Part shown: positions 47,273-57,711 of the stretch, in pieces
Layout: each line of letters starts with the position of its first letter
How positions within the stretch are numbered: the first letter of the stretch is position 1
Assembly (NCBI GenBank): GCA_947495575.1
Contig: CANLZL010000007.1
Coordinates: forward strand, 151,920 to 215,919
Source: an uncultured Nioella sp.
Lineage (GTDB): Bacteria > Pseudomonadota > Alphaproteobacteria > Rhodobacterales > Rhodobacteraceae
Length of the DNA stretch: 64,000 bases
Direction: 5' to 3'
The notes under the pieces: generated by a model
Told to the model about the DNA's origin: nothing
The model's input: only the letters and a program-made list of their open reading frames with translations
The model's database searches: none
Made by a program: the position numbers and the translations under genes

Positions 47273-48212
47273 ATGTGGCCACCTTTGCAGCGTTTGCCTT
47301 TCGAAACCATGAAGTCCCCCCGGTAATTCCGCGAGCCTGTGGCCGCGTTCTGTCATTATTGGCCGCGTGCGGCGGCAATTTCAGTAAGTCGCGCGCAACG
47401 CCAAGCGCAATGGCCTGCGGATGCTTGCCCAGCCCAGGGTCGCCGATCGGGCAGGCGATGCGGTCTATTTGGGCAAGGCTGTGCCCCAGTTGCCTCAGCC
47501 GTTTGCGAAATCGCGTCCGTTTGGTGGCCGAGCCGATGAGGCCGCAAAATGCGAAGTCGTGGCAGAGCGCAGCGTGGCAGAGTGCGAAATCAATCTCGTG
47601 GCTATAGGTCAGGATAAGGTGCATGGCATCTTTTGGGGCGTGACGCAGAACCCGTTCCGGCGCTGCCGTAGGCAGGATCTGAGCGGTTTCCGGCACGTCT
47701 TCAGGGAACCGCTCAGACCCCGTATCGACCCAAGTGATTGCAATGCCAGGCAGAGGTGCCATGAGGTCGACAATGGCGCGCCCGACATGGCCTGCGCCGT
47801 GGATCCAGATGTTACGTGTCGTCTGGTTTTCGTGCTCGACCAGCCGGTTATCTAACTGGAATGGGGCCTTGAATTGCGCGAGACCTTGATGCGACGGATC
47901 GGGAAAATCGCCTTCGCTGATATAGCGAAAACTCAAGGTCACGGCGCCGCCGCAGCATTGGCCAAGCTCGGGGCCAAGCGGATAGGTCTTGGATGCGGTT
48001 GCCGTTTTGTTTTCAATGAGGGTGCGCGCGTATTTCGCGGCCTCCCATTCCAGTCGACCACCGCCGATCGTGCCGGATTGGCCACCCTGCCAGACCAACA
48101 TTTCGGTGCCGGCGTCGCGCGGGGTGGATCCCTTGGTTTCGGTTATCACGATGCGGGCCATCGCCTTTGGCGTATGGATCGCGTTGAGTGAGGCATGCGG
48201 GCTGAAGCTCAT
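47265..48212 (-). CDS. xdhC: xanthine dehydrogenase accessory protein XdhC
   Basis: Its position after xdhB and the pattern RIVITETKGSTPRDAGTEMLV...GTIGGGRLEWEA...CGGAVTLSF. Confidence 0.85.
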   Translation of the reverse strand: MSFSPHASLNAIHTPKAMARIVITETKGSTPRDAGTEMLVWQGGQSGTIGGGRLEWEAAKYARTLIENKTATASKTYPLGPELGQCCGGAVTLSFRYISEGDFPDPSHQGLAQFKAPFQLDNRLVEHENQTTRNIWIHGAGHVGRAIVDLMAPLPGIAITWVDTGSERFPEDVPETAQILPTAAPERVLRHAPKDAMHLILTYSHEIDFALCHAALCHDFAFCGLIGSATKRTRFRKRLRQLGHSLAQIDRIACPIGDPGLGKHPQAIALGVARDLLKLPPHAANNDRTRPQARGITGGTSWFRKANAAKVATYE

Positions 48213-50617
48213 CCCCGCGCCCTCCCGATTGCGGCTAACACGGCTTCCGCTGTGGCGGGGGCCTGAAGGTCGGGATAGTTTGGGCCGCAGGCTGATACGG
48301 CATGGGCTAGGGCAGAAAATACACTGATCCCATGCATAAACGGCGGCTCACCCACTGCTTTGGACCGGTAGATGGTTTTAGCAGGGTTGGGCGCATCCCA
48401 GAGGGCGACATTGAAGATGTCGGGCCGGTCGGAACAGGCCGGGATTTTATAGGTCGACGGGGCATGGGTCCTGAGGTGCCCCTTATCGTCCCAAACCAGT
48501 TCCTCGGTCGTGAGCCATCCCGCGCCTTGCACAAATCCGCCTTCGATCTGGCCGATATCCAGCGCCGGGTTCAGCGAACTGCCCGCATCATGCAGGATAT
48601 CCGTTCTGAGAATGCGGTTTTCACCGGTCAGCGTGTCGATCACCACCTCGGAACAGGCGGCGCCTTGCGCGAAGTAAAAGAACGGTCGCCCACGACCCTT
48701 GATCCGGTCCCATTCGATATCGGGTGTTTTGTAGAACCCGGTGGCAGACAGGCTGACCCGGCCCAGATAGGCACGCGCCGCGGCATCGGCAAAGGGGATC
48801 GCCTGATCACCGACATGCACGTGATTGTCGGCGAAGCGGATCTTGGCCACATCCGCCTGATGCTCTGCAGCCAGAAACTCCGCAATCCGGGTTCGGATCG
48901 TGTCACAAGCATCTTTGACGGCCATACCGTTAAGGTCGGTGCCCGAAGACGCGGCAGTGGCGGATGTGTTTGGCACCTTGGCGGTATCGGTGGCCGTGAT
49001 CTTAACGTGCTCAAGATCGACGCCAAAACGGTCTGCCGCCACCTGCGCGACCTTCTGGAACAGGCCTTGTCCCATTTCGGTGCCGCCATGGTTCATGTGG
49101 ATCGAGCCATCCTGATAGACATGCACCAGCGCGCCGGCCTGATTGAGGTGGGTCAGGGTAAAGGAAATGCCGAATTTCACGGGAGTCAGCGCAATGCCCT
49201 TTTTCAGGATCGGCTGGCTGGCGTTCCAATCAGCAATGGCGGCGCGACGGGCGGCGTAATTGCATTGACTGGCCAGACGGTCAGTCAGGCCATTCAGCAG
49301 GAAATCCGTGATCGGCATGTGATAGGGCGTCGTTTGCTGGCCTATTTCCATCGGTTCAGGCGAATGCGTGCCGCCAAAGCGTTTGGCTTTACCGGTGCCG
49401 GAACTGATCTTATGCGCGCTGCCCGCGCCGGTTTTTTCGACAGCCTCATCAGGCCGCGCGCCCGGTTTGGCACCCATATCTGCGTAGTAGTTGAGACGGC
49501 GAATCTGGAGCGGGTCTTTGCCAAGCAGCTCTGCGATGTGGTCCATCACGCGCTCGATACCCAACACGCCCTGCGGACCGCCAAAGCCGCGATAAGCGGT
49601 GGCACTTTGTGTGTTGGTCCTGAGCCGATGCGAGGTGATGCGGGCCGCAGGCAGGTGATAGGCATTGTCGGCATGCAGCATGGCCCGGTCGGCCACCGGC
49701 AGGGACAGGTCCATCGCCCAGCCACAGCGGGTGTATTGAGTGAAGTCTACGCCGGTCAGCCGCCCCTCGGCATCGACGCCCGCGCGATAGTCGATGCGGA
49801 AATCATGGCGTTTGCCGGTGATCATGAAATCATCGTCGCGGTCATAGCGCATCTTGGCCGGGCGACCCGTTTGATCGGCCACCAGCGCGCAGGCGATGGC
49901 CAGATGGTTGCCCTGACTTTCCTTGCCACCAAAGCCGCCGCCCATGCGGCGCACCTCGACCCGAACTGCGTTCATCGGGCGGTGCAGGGCATGGGCCACT
50001 TTGTGCTGAATCTCGGTCGGATGCTGCGACGAGCTATGGATCACCATATCGCCGCCTTCTTGCGGCAGGGCCAGCGCCGCTTGGCCTTCGAGGTAGAAAT
50101 GTTCCTGCCCGCCCATCTCGATCTGTCCCTCGATAACGTGGGCAGCGCGCGTCAGGGCCTGGTCGATATCGCCCTTTTCATAGATGCGCGGGCCGTCCTC
50201 GAACCGGGCATTGGCCGCCAGCGCGGCCTCGATTGTCAGGATCGGCGATGTTTCATCATAGGTGATCCGTGCCAGCCGCGCGGCCTTGCGTGCAGCGAGG
50301 TGGCTGGTGGCAGCCACTAGGAAAACGGGCTGCCCAAGGAAATGAATCGCGCCATCCGAGAGAAGCGGCTCATCATGATTGGAGGGCGAACAATCGGGGA
50401 TCTCCGCCAGATCCGTGCCGGCAATCACTGCAACAACACCTGGGGCGGCGCGAACGGCGGACAGGTCGATTGAGGAGATACGGCCGCAGGCAATATCGGA
50501 CAGGCCAAAGGCCAGATGCAGGCAGTCGGCGGGCACGGGAATGTCATCGACATAGCGGGCTTGTCCGGTCACATGCAGAGGCGCGGCGTCATGGGGCAGG
50601 GGTTTGGCGACGCTCAT
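48209..50617 (-). CDS. xdhB: xanthine dehydrogenase molybdopterin-binding subunit
   Basis: 802 aa with [11 protein letters not shown], typical aldehyde oxidase/XDH MoCo-domain motifs. It has 4-nt overlaps with both neighbours. Confidence 0.95.
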   Translation of the reverse strand: MSVAKPLPHDAAPLHVTGQARYVDDIPVPADCLHLAFGLSDIACGRISSIDLSAVRAAPGVVAVIAGTDLAEIPDCSPSNHDEPLLSDGAIHFLGQPVFLVAATSHLAARKAARLARITYDETSPILTIEAALAANARFEDGPRIYEKGDIDQALTRAAHVIEGQIEMGGQEHFYLEGQAALALPQEGGDMVIHSSSQHPTEIQHKVAHALHRPMNAVRVEVRRMGGGFGGKESQGNHLAIACALVADQTGRPAKMRYDRDDDFMITGKRHDFRIDYRAGVDAEGRLTGVDFTQYTRCGWAMDLSLPVADRAMLHADNAYHLPAARITSHRLRTNTQSATAYRGFGGPQGVLGIERVMDHIAELLGKDPLQIRRLNYYADMGAKPGARPDEAVEKTGAGSAHKISSGTGKAKRFGGTHSPEPMEIGQQTTPYHMPITDFLLNGLTDRLASQCNYAARRAAIADWNASQPILKKGIALTPVKFGISFTLTHLNQAGALVHVYQDGSIHMNHGGTEMGQGLFQKVAQVAADRFGVDLEHVKITATDTAKVPNTSATAASSGTDLNGMAVKDACDTIRTRIAEFLAAEHQADVAKIRFADNHVHVGDQAIPFADAAARAYLGRVSLSATGFYKTPDIEWDRIKGRGRPFFYFAQGAACSEVVIDTLTGENRILRTDILHDAGSSLNPALDIGQIEGGFVQGAGWLTTEELVWDDKGHLRTHAPSTYKIPACSDRPDIFNVALWDAPNPAKTIYRSKAVGEPPFMHGISVFSALAHAVSACGPNYPDLQAPATAEAVLAAIGRARG

Positions 50618-52038
50618 GGGCGCACCTCCAGCACATTGGCGGGCGTGCCCTGATCCTCATGGAAATAACGCAGGAGCATGTTGGCGGCCGTTTGCAGCCG
50701 GTAGCCAGCCGAGGCGCGCATATCGGTCAGCGGGGTGAAATCCTTGGCATATTCCACCATGGCCTTTTGCACCGAGGCCTCGGTCCAGGGCTGGCCGATC
50801 AGCGCGGCCTCGACATGGGCGGCGCGTTTCGGGATGCCGGCCATGCCGCCATAGGCGATCCGCGCGGCGGTGACGGTGCCATTTTCAATCGTGATCGACA
50901 GGCATCCGCAGACCGCAGAGATATCCTGATCGAAGCGTTTGGACAGCTTGTAGCAGCGCAGGCGGTCGGGCTGGCGCGGGATCGTCACGGCCTCGACAAA
51001 CTCCCCCGGCGCGCGGTCCTGTTTGCCGTAATCGAGAAAGAAATCCTCCAGTGCGATATCGCGCCGTTCAGCGCCATTGCGAAGATGCAAAATCGCGCCA
51101 AGCGCGATCAACGCGGGTGGACCATCCCCAATGGGAGAGCCATTGGCGATATTGCCTCCGACGGTGGCCGCATTGCGCACCTGAACCGAGGAGAAACGCC
51201 GGATAAGCTCGCCAAATCTGGGATGAACTGGGGCAATGGCCGGAATGGCGTCCGTCCAATTCACCATGGCGCCAAGGCGAAGGCCCTCAGGTGTTTCCTC
51301 AATGGTCTTGAGATCATCGCAACCGGCCAGAAAGGCAACGGGCGACAGATCGCGCAGCTGTTTGGTGACCCACAGCCCGACATCCGTTGCCCCGGCGATA
51401 AGGGTGGCATGGGGGTTTGCGGAATACCATTCCGCCAGCGCATCTGAATTGTCGGGGCGGAACGGGGTCGTTTTCTTCTCGTCTTGTCTGTCGCCCAAAC
51501 CGCCCTGCGACGTCGTCTTTTGAACAATTAACGATTGCAGGGCGGTTCGATCTGATTCCAGCCACAGAGGAGGAAATGTATCTGCGGCCGCCTCTGCTGC
51601 ACGTACAATCGGCGCATAGCCGGTGCAGCGGCAAAGGTTGCCCGCCAGAATATCGTCGAAGTCCCTGCGCCCATTGGCATGTGCGGCCGCAAGCGAAGCG
51701 ACAATACCCGGCGTGCAGAAACCACATTGAGAACCATGCTTCTCGACCATCTCTTCCTGAACCGGGTGCAGGGTGTTGTCCCCGGCGATGCCCTCGACCG
51801 TGCGAACCGATTTACCGTGAAGCTGTGGTAGGAACAGGATGCAGGCATTCATGGCGCGTGTATGGGACACGTCGCTAACTACGACGGTACAAGCGCCGCA
51901 ATCGCCTTCGTTGCATCCTTCTTTGGTGCCAGTCAGCCGCTGATCTTCGCGCAACCAATCCAAAAACGTGCGTGTAGGCGCCGCGCCGGTGATTGTCACC
52001 GGTTGGCCATTCAGGAGGAAATTCACCTCTTCTGACAT
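50614..52038 (-). CDS. xdhA: xanthine dehydrogenase small subunit (2Fe-2S plus FAD domains)
   Basis: [12 protein letters not shown] and CRCTGYAPI are iron-sulfur motifs, followed by an FAD-binding domain. I chose the start at 52038 ([11 protein letters not shown]); the alternative is TTG at 52050. Confidence 0.93.
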   Translation of the reverse strand: MSEEVNFLLNGQPVTITGAAPTRTFLDWLREDQRLTGTKEGCNEGDCGACTVVVSDVSHTRAMNACILFLPQLHGKSVRTVEGIAGDNTLHPVQEEMVEKHGSQCGFCTPGIVASLAAAHANGRRDFDDILAGNLCRCTGYAPIVRAAEAAADTFPPLWLESDRTALQSLIVQKTTSQGGLGDRQDEKKTTPFRPDNSDALAEWYSANPHATLIAGATDVGLWVTKQLRDLSPVAFLAGCDDLKTIEETPEGLRLGAMVNWTDAIPAIAPVHPRFGELIRRFSSVQVRNAATVGGNIANGSPIGDGPPALIALGAILHLRNGAERRDIALEDFFLDYGKQDRAPGEFVEAVTIPRQPDRLRCYKLSKRFDQDISAVCGCLSITIENGTVTAARIAYGGMAGIPKRAAHVEAALIGQPWTEASVQKAMVEYAKDFTPLTDMRASAGYRLQTAANMLLRYFHEDQGTPANVLEVRP

Positions 52039-52065
52039 TAACATTCTCAAGCCGCGGTCTGGTCG

Positions 52066-52083
52066 GAGGGGGTTTTCCCCCTC
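52066..52083. other. perfect hairpin GAGGGGG-TTTT-CCCCCTC in the xdhA/dnaE divergent region
   Basis: Read directly. It lies 28 nt upstream of the chosen xdhA start. Confidence 0.8.
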
Positions 52084-52300
52084 AATTTGCGCCCGCCCGA
52101 TGCGACGTAAAGCGTGGCGCGCCTATTCCCTGTCAGAATAAGAACAAAGCGGCTTTTGTCGCGTCTGGCAAGGCGGCAGTGGGGGTTGGGTACGAAAGGA
52201 CTTTCAGCTTTTGTGCGAAAATAGGTCAAATTGCCTGAAAATTCATGAGACTGCGAAGCGTGATCTGGCGCGGCCTGATAGGCTGGGATAGCGTGTCGGG

Positions 52301-55300
52301 ATGAGCAGTCATCCCCGATTCATCCATCTCCGCCTTCATACCGAATATTCGCTTCTTGAAGGGGCGATGCGTGTCAAAAAACTGGCCGGTCAGGTCGAGG
52401 CTGCGGGTATGCCAGCCGTGGCCGTGACCGAGACAAACAATATGTTTTCGGCACTTCAGTTTTCCGAAACGGCGGCGGGGGCAGGAATACAGCCCATTCT
52501 GGGATGCCAGATCGACGTGGATTACGACCCGGCGCAGCCGGGCGAAAAGCCAAGAAGGCCTGCGGCGGTGGTTCTCCTGATCCAGAATCAGGCAGGTTAC
52601 ATGAACCTGATGAAACTCAATTCCTGCCTTTATCTGCGCGGCGATGGCAGCTTGCCACATATTACGGTTGATGAACTGGCGCGTCATTCAGAGGGACTGA
52701 TTTGCCTGTCAGGCGGACCTGACGGACCGATCGGGCGGCTTCTTCGCAACGCGCAGCGCCCCAAGGCCGAGGCCTTGATGGCGCGCCTGAAGGAAACTTT
52801 CGGTGACCGCCTTTACGTGGAGTTGCAGCGGCACCCGGGAGAGGACGGATTGCCAGAGGCTGAAAGGCTGTCTGAGCGCGGCCATGTCGAGATGGCCTAT
52901 GACATGGATCTGCCTTTGGTGGCGACCAACGACGTCTATTTTCCGAAATCAGATATGTATGAGGCGCATGATGCCCTGATCTGCATCGCGGAAGGCGCTT
53001 ATGTTGATCAGCAGGAGGAGCGGCGACGTCTGACGCCTCAGCATTACTTCAAGACGCCCGAAGAGATGGGAACACTCTTTGCGGACCTGCCTGAGGCTTT
53101 GGAAAATACGGTTGAGATTGCGCGACGCTGTGCATTCCGGGCGCGCACGCATGATCCGATTCTGCCAAAATTTGCTGATGATGAGGTGACCGAGTTGCGC
53201 CGTCAGGCCAATGAGGGCCTACAGGCGCGTCTGGCCGTAATCCCGCATGCAGCGACCCCTGAAGAGTATCAGGATCGGCTGGATTTCGAGCTGGATATCA
53301 TCGAGGGCATGGGGTTCCCCGGTTACTTCCTGATCGTTGCCGACTTCATCCATTGGTCCAAGGAACACAATATACCGGTCGGGCCAGGGCGCGGGTCAGG
53401 CGCAGGTAGCCTTGTCGCCTACGCGTTGACGATCACCGACCTTGACCCACTGCGCTATCAACTACTTTTTGAACGTTTCCTGAACCCAGAACGGGTGTCG
53501 ATGCCTGACTTCGACATCGACTTCTGTATGGATCGCCGCGAAGAGGTAATCCGCTATGTTCAGGAGAAATATGGACGCGAAAAAGTTGGCCAGATCATCA
53601 CCTTTGGGGCGCTTTTGTCTAAGGCGGCCGTACGCGATGTGGGTCGGGTTCTGCAAATGCCCTTCGGGCAAGTGGACCGGCTGTCGAAATTGATCCCCGT
53701 TGAAGGGGTCAAACCGGTTTCAATTTCCGAAGCGTTGAAACAAGAGCCGCGATTGCGGGATGCCGCCCGCGAGGAAGAAGTGGTCGAGCGGTTGTTGACC
53801 TATGGCCAGCAGGTCGAGGGATTGTTGAGGAACGCCTCGACCCACGCGGCGGGTGTGGTGATTGGCGACCGTCCGCTGGATGAGCTGGTACCGCTCTATC
53901 AAGATCCGCGTTCAGATATGCCGGCGACCCAGTTCAACATGAAATGGGTGGAACCCGCAGGGCTGGTGAAGTTCGACTTTCTGGGCTTGAAAACGCTAAC
54001 AGTTGTTCAGAACGCGATTGATCTGATCCATTCTTCTGGCCGGCAATTGAATGAGGGGCCGGATGGCAACCGGCTCTATGAACCACCGGCGGGCGCAGAG
54101 AACCAGATCAACGCTATCCCTTTGGATGATGAGGCGACCTACAAGCTCTATGCCTCTGCCGCCACCGTTGCTGTGTTCCAGGTTGAAAGCTCAGGCATGA
54201 TGGACGCGCTGAGGCGCATGAAACCGACCTGCATAGAGGACATCGTGGCACTGGTGGCCCTCTATCGTCCCGGTCCGATGGAAAACATCCCGACCTATTG
54301 CGAGGTCAAGAACGGGCTCAAAGATCGTGAATCCGTTCATCCACTAATCGACCATATTCTTGAGGAAACTCAGGGGATTATCGTTTACCAAGAACAGGTG
54401 ATGCAGATCGCCCAGGTTATGGCAGGCTATTCGCTTGGCGGCGCTGATCTGTTGCGCCGCGCTATGGGTAAGAAGATCAAGGAAGCGATGGATGCCGAAC
54501 GGCCCAAATTTGAAAAGGGAGCGGCTGAAAACGGTGTTCCTGCCAAAAAGGCGAGCGAAGTTTTCGACCTGTTGGAGAAGTTTGCCAATTACGGGTTCAA
54601 CAAATCTCACGCTGCCGCCTATGCCGTCGTCAGCTACCAAACGGCCTGGCTAAAAGCGAACCATCCAGTTGAGTTCATGGCGGCTGTCATGAATTGCGAT
54701 ATCCATCTGACCGACAAATTGAATGTCTACAAGCAAGAGGTTGACCGACTCGAGATCGAGACGGTCCCTCCATGCGTGAACCGCTCTGCCGCAACATTCA
54801 CCGTGAAAGATAGTTGTGTTGTCTATGCGCTAGGCGGGTTAAAAAATGTCGGCACAGACGCGATGCGTCTAATTGTTGATGGGCGGGACGGACAGCCCTT
54901 TGCGACGCTTTTCGATTTTGCCCGCAGGGTTGACCTAAAACGTGTAGGCAAACGCCCGATGGAGATGCTGGCCCGGGCAGGGGCCTTTGATCAGCTCGAT
55001 AAGAACCGCCGCCGCGTATTCGAAAGCCTTGATGGTCTTGTGGCCTATTCAGCTGCGATTCACGAGCAGCGAAACTCCAATCAAGTGAGTCTATTTGGCG
55101 AGGCTGGCGATGACCTTCCGGAACCTCGTTTGCCAAACCCCGCGGATTGGCTGCCCAATGAGCGATTGGCCGAAGAGCACAAGGCGATTGGCTTTTATCT
55201 TTCCGGACACCCGTTGGACGATTACATGCCGTCGCTTAGGCGCAAGAAATGTATGACTCTCGAAGAGGTTAGCTTGAAAGTGCAGGGTGGGGCCTTCGTG

Positions 55301-55798
55301 ACCAAAATGGCCGGCTCCGTCTCTTCCCGGCAGGAACGGAAAAGCCAGCGCGGCAACCGCTTTGCCTTTGTGCAGCTGTCAGATCCGACAGGGCTATATG
55401 AGGTTACGATGTTTTCTGACGTCTTGGAGGTGTCGCGCGAATTTCTGGAATCCGGGTCGAATGTGGTACTGACTGTTGAGGCGACCTACGAAGGTGAACA
55501 ACTGAAACTGCTGGCGCGCGGCGTGCAACCCATTGACGGTGTCGTGGCCGAAGCAGGCGGTATGGGCTTGCGCATATTTGTAGAAGAAGAGCTAGCGATC
55601 ACGGGCGTGGCTGGATTGCTGGATCGCGCCAAGGCAGACGCCAAACTGAAAGGGCGCGGTCCGGTGCAGCTTTGCCTGATGGACCCAGATCTGCCCGGAG
55701 AGGTGGATGTGCTTTTGGGAGAGGATTTTCCGGTAAACCCGCAGATCAAGGGCGCGTTAAAAAGCTTGGATGGCGTTCTGATGGTGGAAGAGATGTAG
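52301..55798 (+). CDS. dnaE: DNA polymerase III subunit alpha
   Basis: 1165 aa. PHP N-terminus FIHLRLHTEYSLLEGA, GRGSGAGSLVAYAL, and PDFDIDF. Confidence 0.97.
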   Translation: MSSHPRFIHLRLHTEYSLLEGAMRVKKLAGQVEAAGMPAVAVTETNNMFSALQFSETAAGAGIQPILGCQIDVDYDPAQPGEKPRRPAAVVLLIQNQAGYMNLMKLNSCLYLRGDGSLPHITVDELARHSEGLICLSGGPDGPIGRLLRNAQRPKAEALMARLKETFGDRLYVELQRHPGEDGLPEAERLSERGHVEMAYDMDLPLVATNDVYFPKSDMYEAHDALICIAEGAYVDQQEERRRLTPQHYFKTPEEMGTLFADLPEALENTVEIARRCAFRARTHDPILPKFADDEVTELRRQANEGLQARLAVIPHAATPEEYQDRLDFELDIIEGMGFPGYFLIVADFIHWSKEHNIPVGPGRGSGAGSLVAYALTITDLDPLRYQLLFERFLNPERVSMPDFDIDFCMDRREEVIRYVQEKYGREKVGQIITFGALLSKAAVRDVGRVLQMPFGQVDRLSKLIPVEGVKPVSISEALKQEPRLRDAAREEEVVERLLTYGQQVEGLLRNASTHAAGVVIGDRPLDELVPLYQDPRSDMPATQFNMKWVEPAGLVKFDFLGLKTLTVVQNAIDLIHSSGRQLNEGPDGNRLYEPPAGAENQINAIPLDDEATYKLYASAATVAVFQVESSGMMDALRRMKPTCIEDIVALVALYRPGPMENIPTYCEVKNGLKDRESVHPLIDHILEETQGIIVYQEQVMQIAQVMAGYSLGGADLLRRAMGKKIKEAMDAERPKFEKGAAENGVPAKKASEVFDLLEKFANYGFNKSHAAAYAVVSYQTAWLKANHPVEFMAAVMNCDIHLTDKLNVYKQEVDRLEIETVPPCVNRSAATFTVKDSCVVYALGGLKNVGTDAMRLIVDGRDGQPFATLFDFARRVDLKRVGKRPMEMLARAGAFDQLDKNRRRVFESLDGLVAYSAAIHEQRNSNQVSLFGEAGDDLPEPRLPNPADWLPNERLAEEHKAIGFYLSGHPLDDYMPSLRRKKCMTLEEVSLKVQGGAFVTKMAGSVSSRQERKSQRGNRFAFVQLSDPTGLYEVTMFSDVLEVSREFLESGSNVVLTVEATYEGEQLKLLARGVQPIDGVVAEAGGMGLRIFVEEELAITGVAGLLDRAKADAKLKGRGPVQLCLMDPDLPGEVDVLLGEDFPVNPQIKGALKSLDGVLMVEEM

Positions 55799-55832
55799 CA
55801 TAGCCGGCCGTCGGTTCCCCGGAACTGGCAAA

Positions 55833-56567
55833 ATGATCCAGCCCGCGCTATCAGACGAAACCTGTTTCAGAACTGAACCGAAAGCCCTGCCACTCGTGTC
55901 TCATTTGCCCAAAGTCGTTCAAATCGGATTTAACAAATGCGCGACGCGCAGTTTGACAGAGCTTTTTGCCGGGTCTGGGCACAAGGCTGCGCATCATAAG
56001 TTTCGCAAACCCTTTCGGTCTTCGCAAAACATTGCACAGTTGGTGTTGGCCAATAAAACAGCCGGTCGCCGGATGTTTGCCGGCTTTGAGGATTATGATT
56101 TCTATGCCGACATGGTTTGGCAAAGCGACGCGGAAAGTTATGAGGCGTTCAAGGATTTCGATCTGATCTATCGTGACTATCCCGACACATTTTTTTTACT
56201 CAATCACCGGGATCGGGAAAACTGGATCAATTCCCGGATGAAACACGGGCATGGGGATTTCGTGACCCGTGTCATGGCCGAGCACGGATTTGAAACGCGT
56301 GAGGAATGTGCTGAATTCTGGCGACGGGATTGGGATGAACATCTGTCCCGTGCGCGCAGTTTCTTCGCTGATAAACCCGGACAATTGATCGAATTCAACA
56401 CGGATAAAGATAGCGTTGACGATCTTATTACCGCTTTCCCAGATTACAAACTACAGGCTGATGCCTGGGGCGATGTCGGGCGGTCACGTGGGCGCAAACT
56501 GGGTGCCGTCAGCAAGTCATTGAAGCGCCTGAACGCGGCGCGCAAGACCAAAAGAAATCAGCGCTAA
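55833..56567 (+). CDS. sulfotransferase-like protein (weak call)
   Basis: 244 aa. The P-loop-like IGFNKCATRSL and LLNHRDRENWINSRMKH resemble sulfotransferase PAPS-binding motifs. It looks AT-richer than dnaE by eye. Confidence 0.55.
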   Translation: MIQPALSDETCFRTEPKALPLVSHLPKVVQIGFNKCATRSLTELFAGSGHKAAHHKFRKPFRSSQNIAQLVLANKTAGRRMFAGFEDYDFYADMVWQSDAESYEAFKDFDLIYRDYPDTFFLLNHRDRENWINSRMKHGHGDFVTRVMAEHGFETREECAEFWRRDWDEHLSRARSFFADKPGQLIEFNTDKDSVDDLITAFPDYKLQADAWGDVGRSRGRKLGAVSKSLKRLNAARKTKRNQR

Positions 56568-56593
56568 TCGGCGCGCGGGAAAGGGCTTGGTCC

Positions 56594-57517
56594 ATGTTCA
56601 AGAAAGCCTTTGATAAGCTGAGGACGATCAGCAAGTTGCAGATCGAGGCCGCGCCCCCGATTGATGGGCGGCACGGGATGGCCATCGTTTCAATGATCAA
56701 AAACGTAGAAACCTATGTCGGTGAATGGTTGCGATTTCACCACGCAGCGGGCGTGCGGCATTTCATTCTTTACGACAATGGCAGCACGGATGGGACAGTC
56801 GAACGAATTCAGGCCGCCCTGCCAGCTGAAACATATTCGATCATTCCGTGGCGGTTCATTGCGCGCGATCCCCGCGCTGGCATCACGTTCCACAATCAGG
56901 TGCTTGCCTTCTCGCACGCGTTTTCAAATTTTGCGGGTCAATACCGTTGGATGTCTTGTGTCGACATTGACGAGTTCCTGATTCCCACCGAACATAAATC
57001 TATCCCCGAGGCGCTTGAGGCGATCGGAGATTTCAGCAACATTTCCCTGCCGTGGCAAATGTTTGGTACCAGCGGTTTTGCGCGCCCGCCTGATGGCGGC
57101 GTTCTGCAAAACTACCTGATGCGCGAACGCCCGGGCAGTGAGGGTGCGCTTATGCGGTCCTGTAAATGTGTTGTGGATGGAACGAATGTGACTTCGGTTC
57201 GGGTGCATTCCTATGAGACCGCCGATATGGGCGACCAAACTGCGAATACCGCTGGTCATCTTTTTAAGAATGATGTCCGAGAGGGATCTGCATTTCATGC
57301 GGCGGGCCCATTGCGCTTGCACCATTACTACACACTGTCGCAGGCGGAATTTGATGCCAAAATGGCGCGCGGCAGCGTCGATCCAAAGCGGCGCGGGCGA
57401 TATGCTAAAACCATTGCACGTGTTGCCGCCGATATTCAGCGCGATGAAGTTGAAGATCGGACCGCGCTACAATTTCTGGATCGGATAGGCGTTTCGCCCA
57501 ATTCTTTGTTGGACTAG
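56594..57517 (+). CDS. glycosyltransferase family 92-like (DUF23-type) protein
   Basis: AIVSMIKNVETYVGEWLRFHHAAGVRHFILYDNGSTDGT and CVDIDEFLIP fit the GT92 pattern. Confidence 0.7.
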   Translation: MFKKAFDKLRTISKLQIEAAPPIDGRHGMAIVSMIKNVETYVGEWLRFHHAAGVRHFILYDNGSTDGTVERIQAALPAETYSIIPWRFIARDPRAGITFHNQVLAFSHAFSNFAGQYRWMSCVDIDEFLIPTEHKSIPEALEAIGDFSNISLPWQMFGTSGFARPPDGGVLQNYLMRERPGSEGALMRSCKCVVDGTNVTSVRVHSYETADMGDQTANTAGHLFKNDVREGSAFHAAGPLRLHHYYTLSQAEFDAKMARGSVDPKRRGRYAKTIARVAADIQRDEVEDRTALQFLDRIGVSPNSLLD

Positions 57518-57711
57518 CGCAATCGGGCCAACCTGTCGGCGGAAGAATGTCCGACGGCGTAGCGATACGACGTAAAGGTCGACGCAGGCGACCTATCGCG
57601 CTAAATTATCACGAGAATTCTCTTTGAGACCCGCCAGGGCGGACCCATCTGAGTTAGTAAGACGATCATCAAATCCCGGTCCGACGGACAAAAAGCCGAG
57701 AGACAGTTGAT

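Noticed and set aside
48332-51447. 662-aa and 392-aa plus-strand ORFs antisense to xdhB and xdhA
   Set aside because: Both lie fully inside strongly supported xdh genes on the minus strand. They are Arg/Gly/Ala-rich with no recognisable motifs, which points to a GC-rich antisense artefact.
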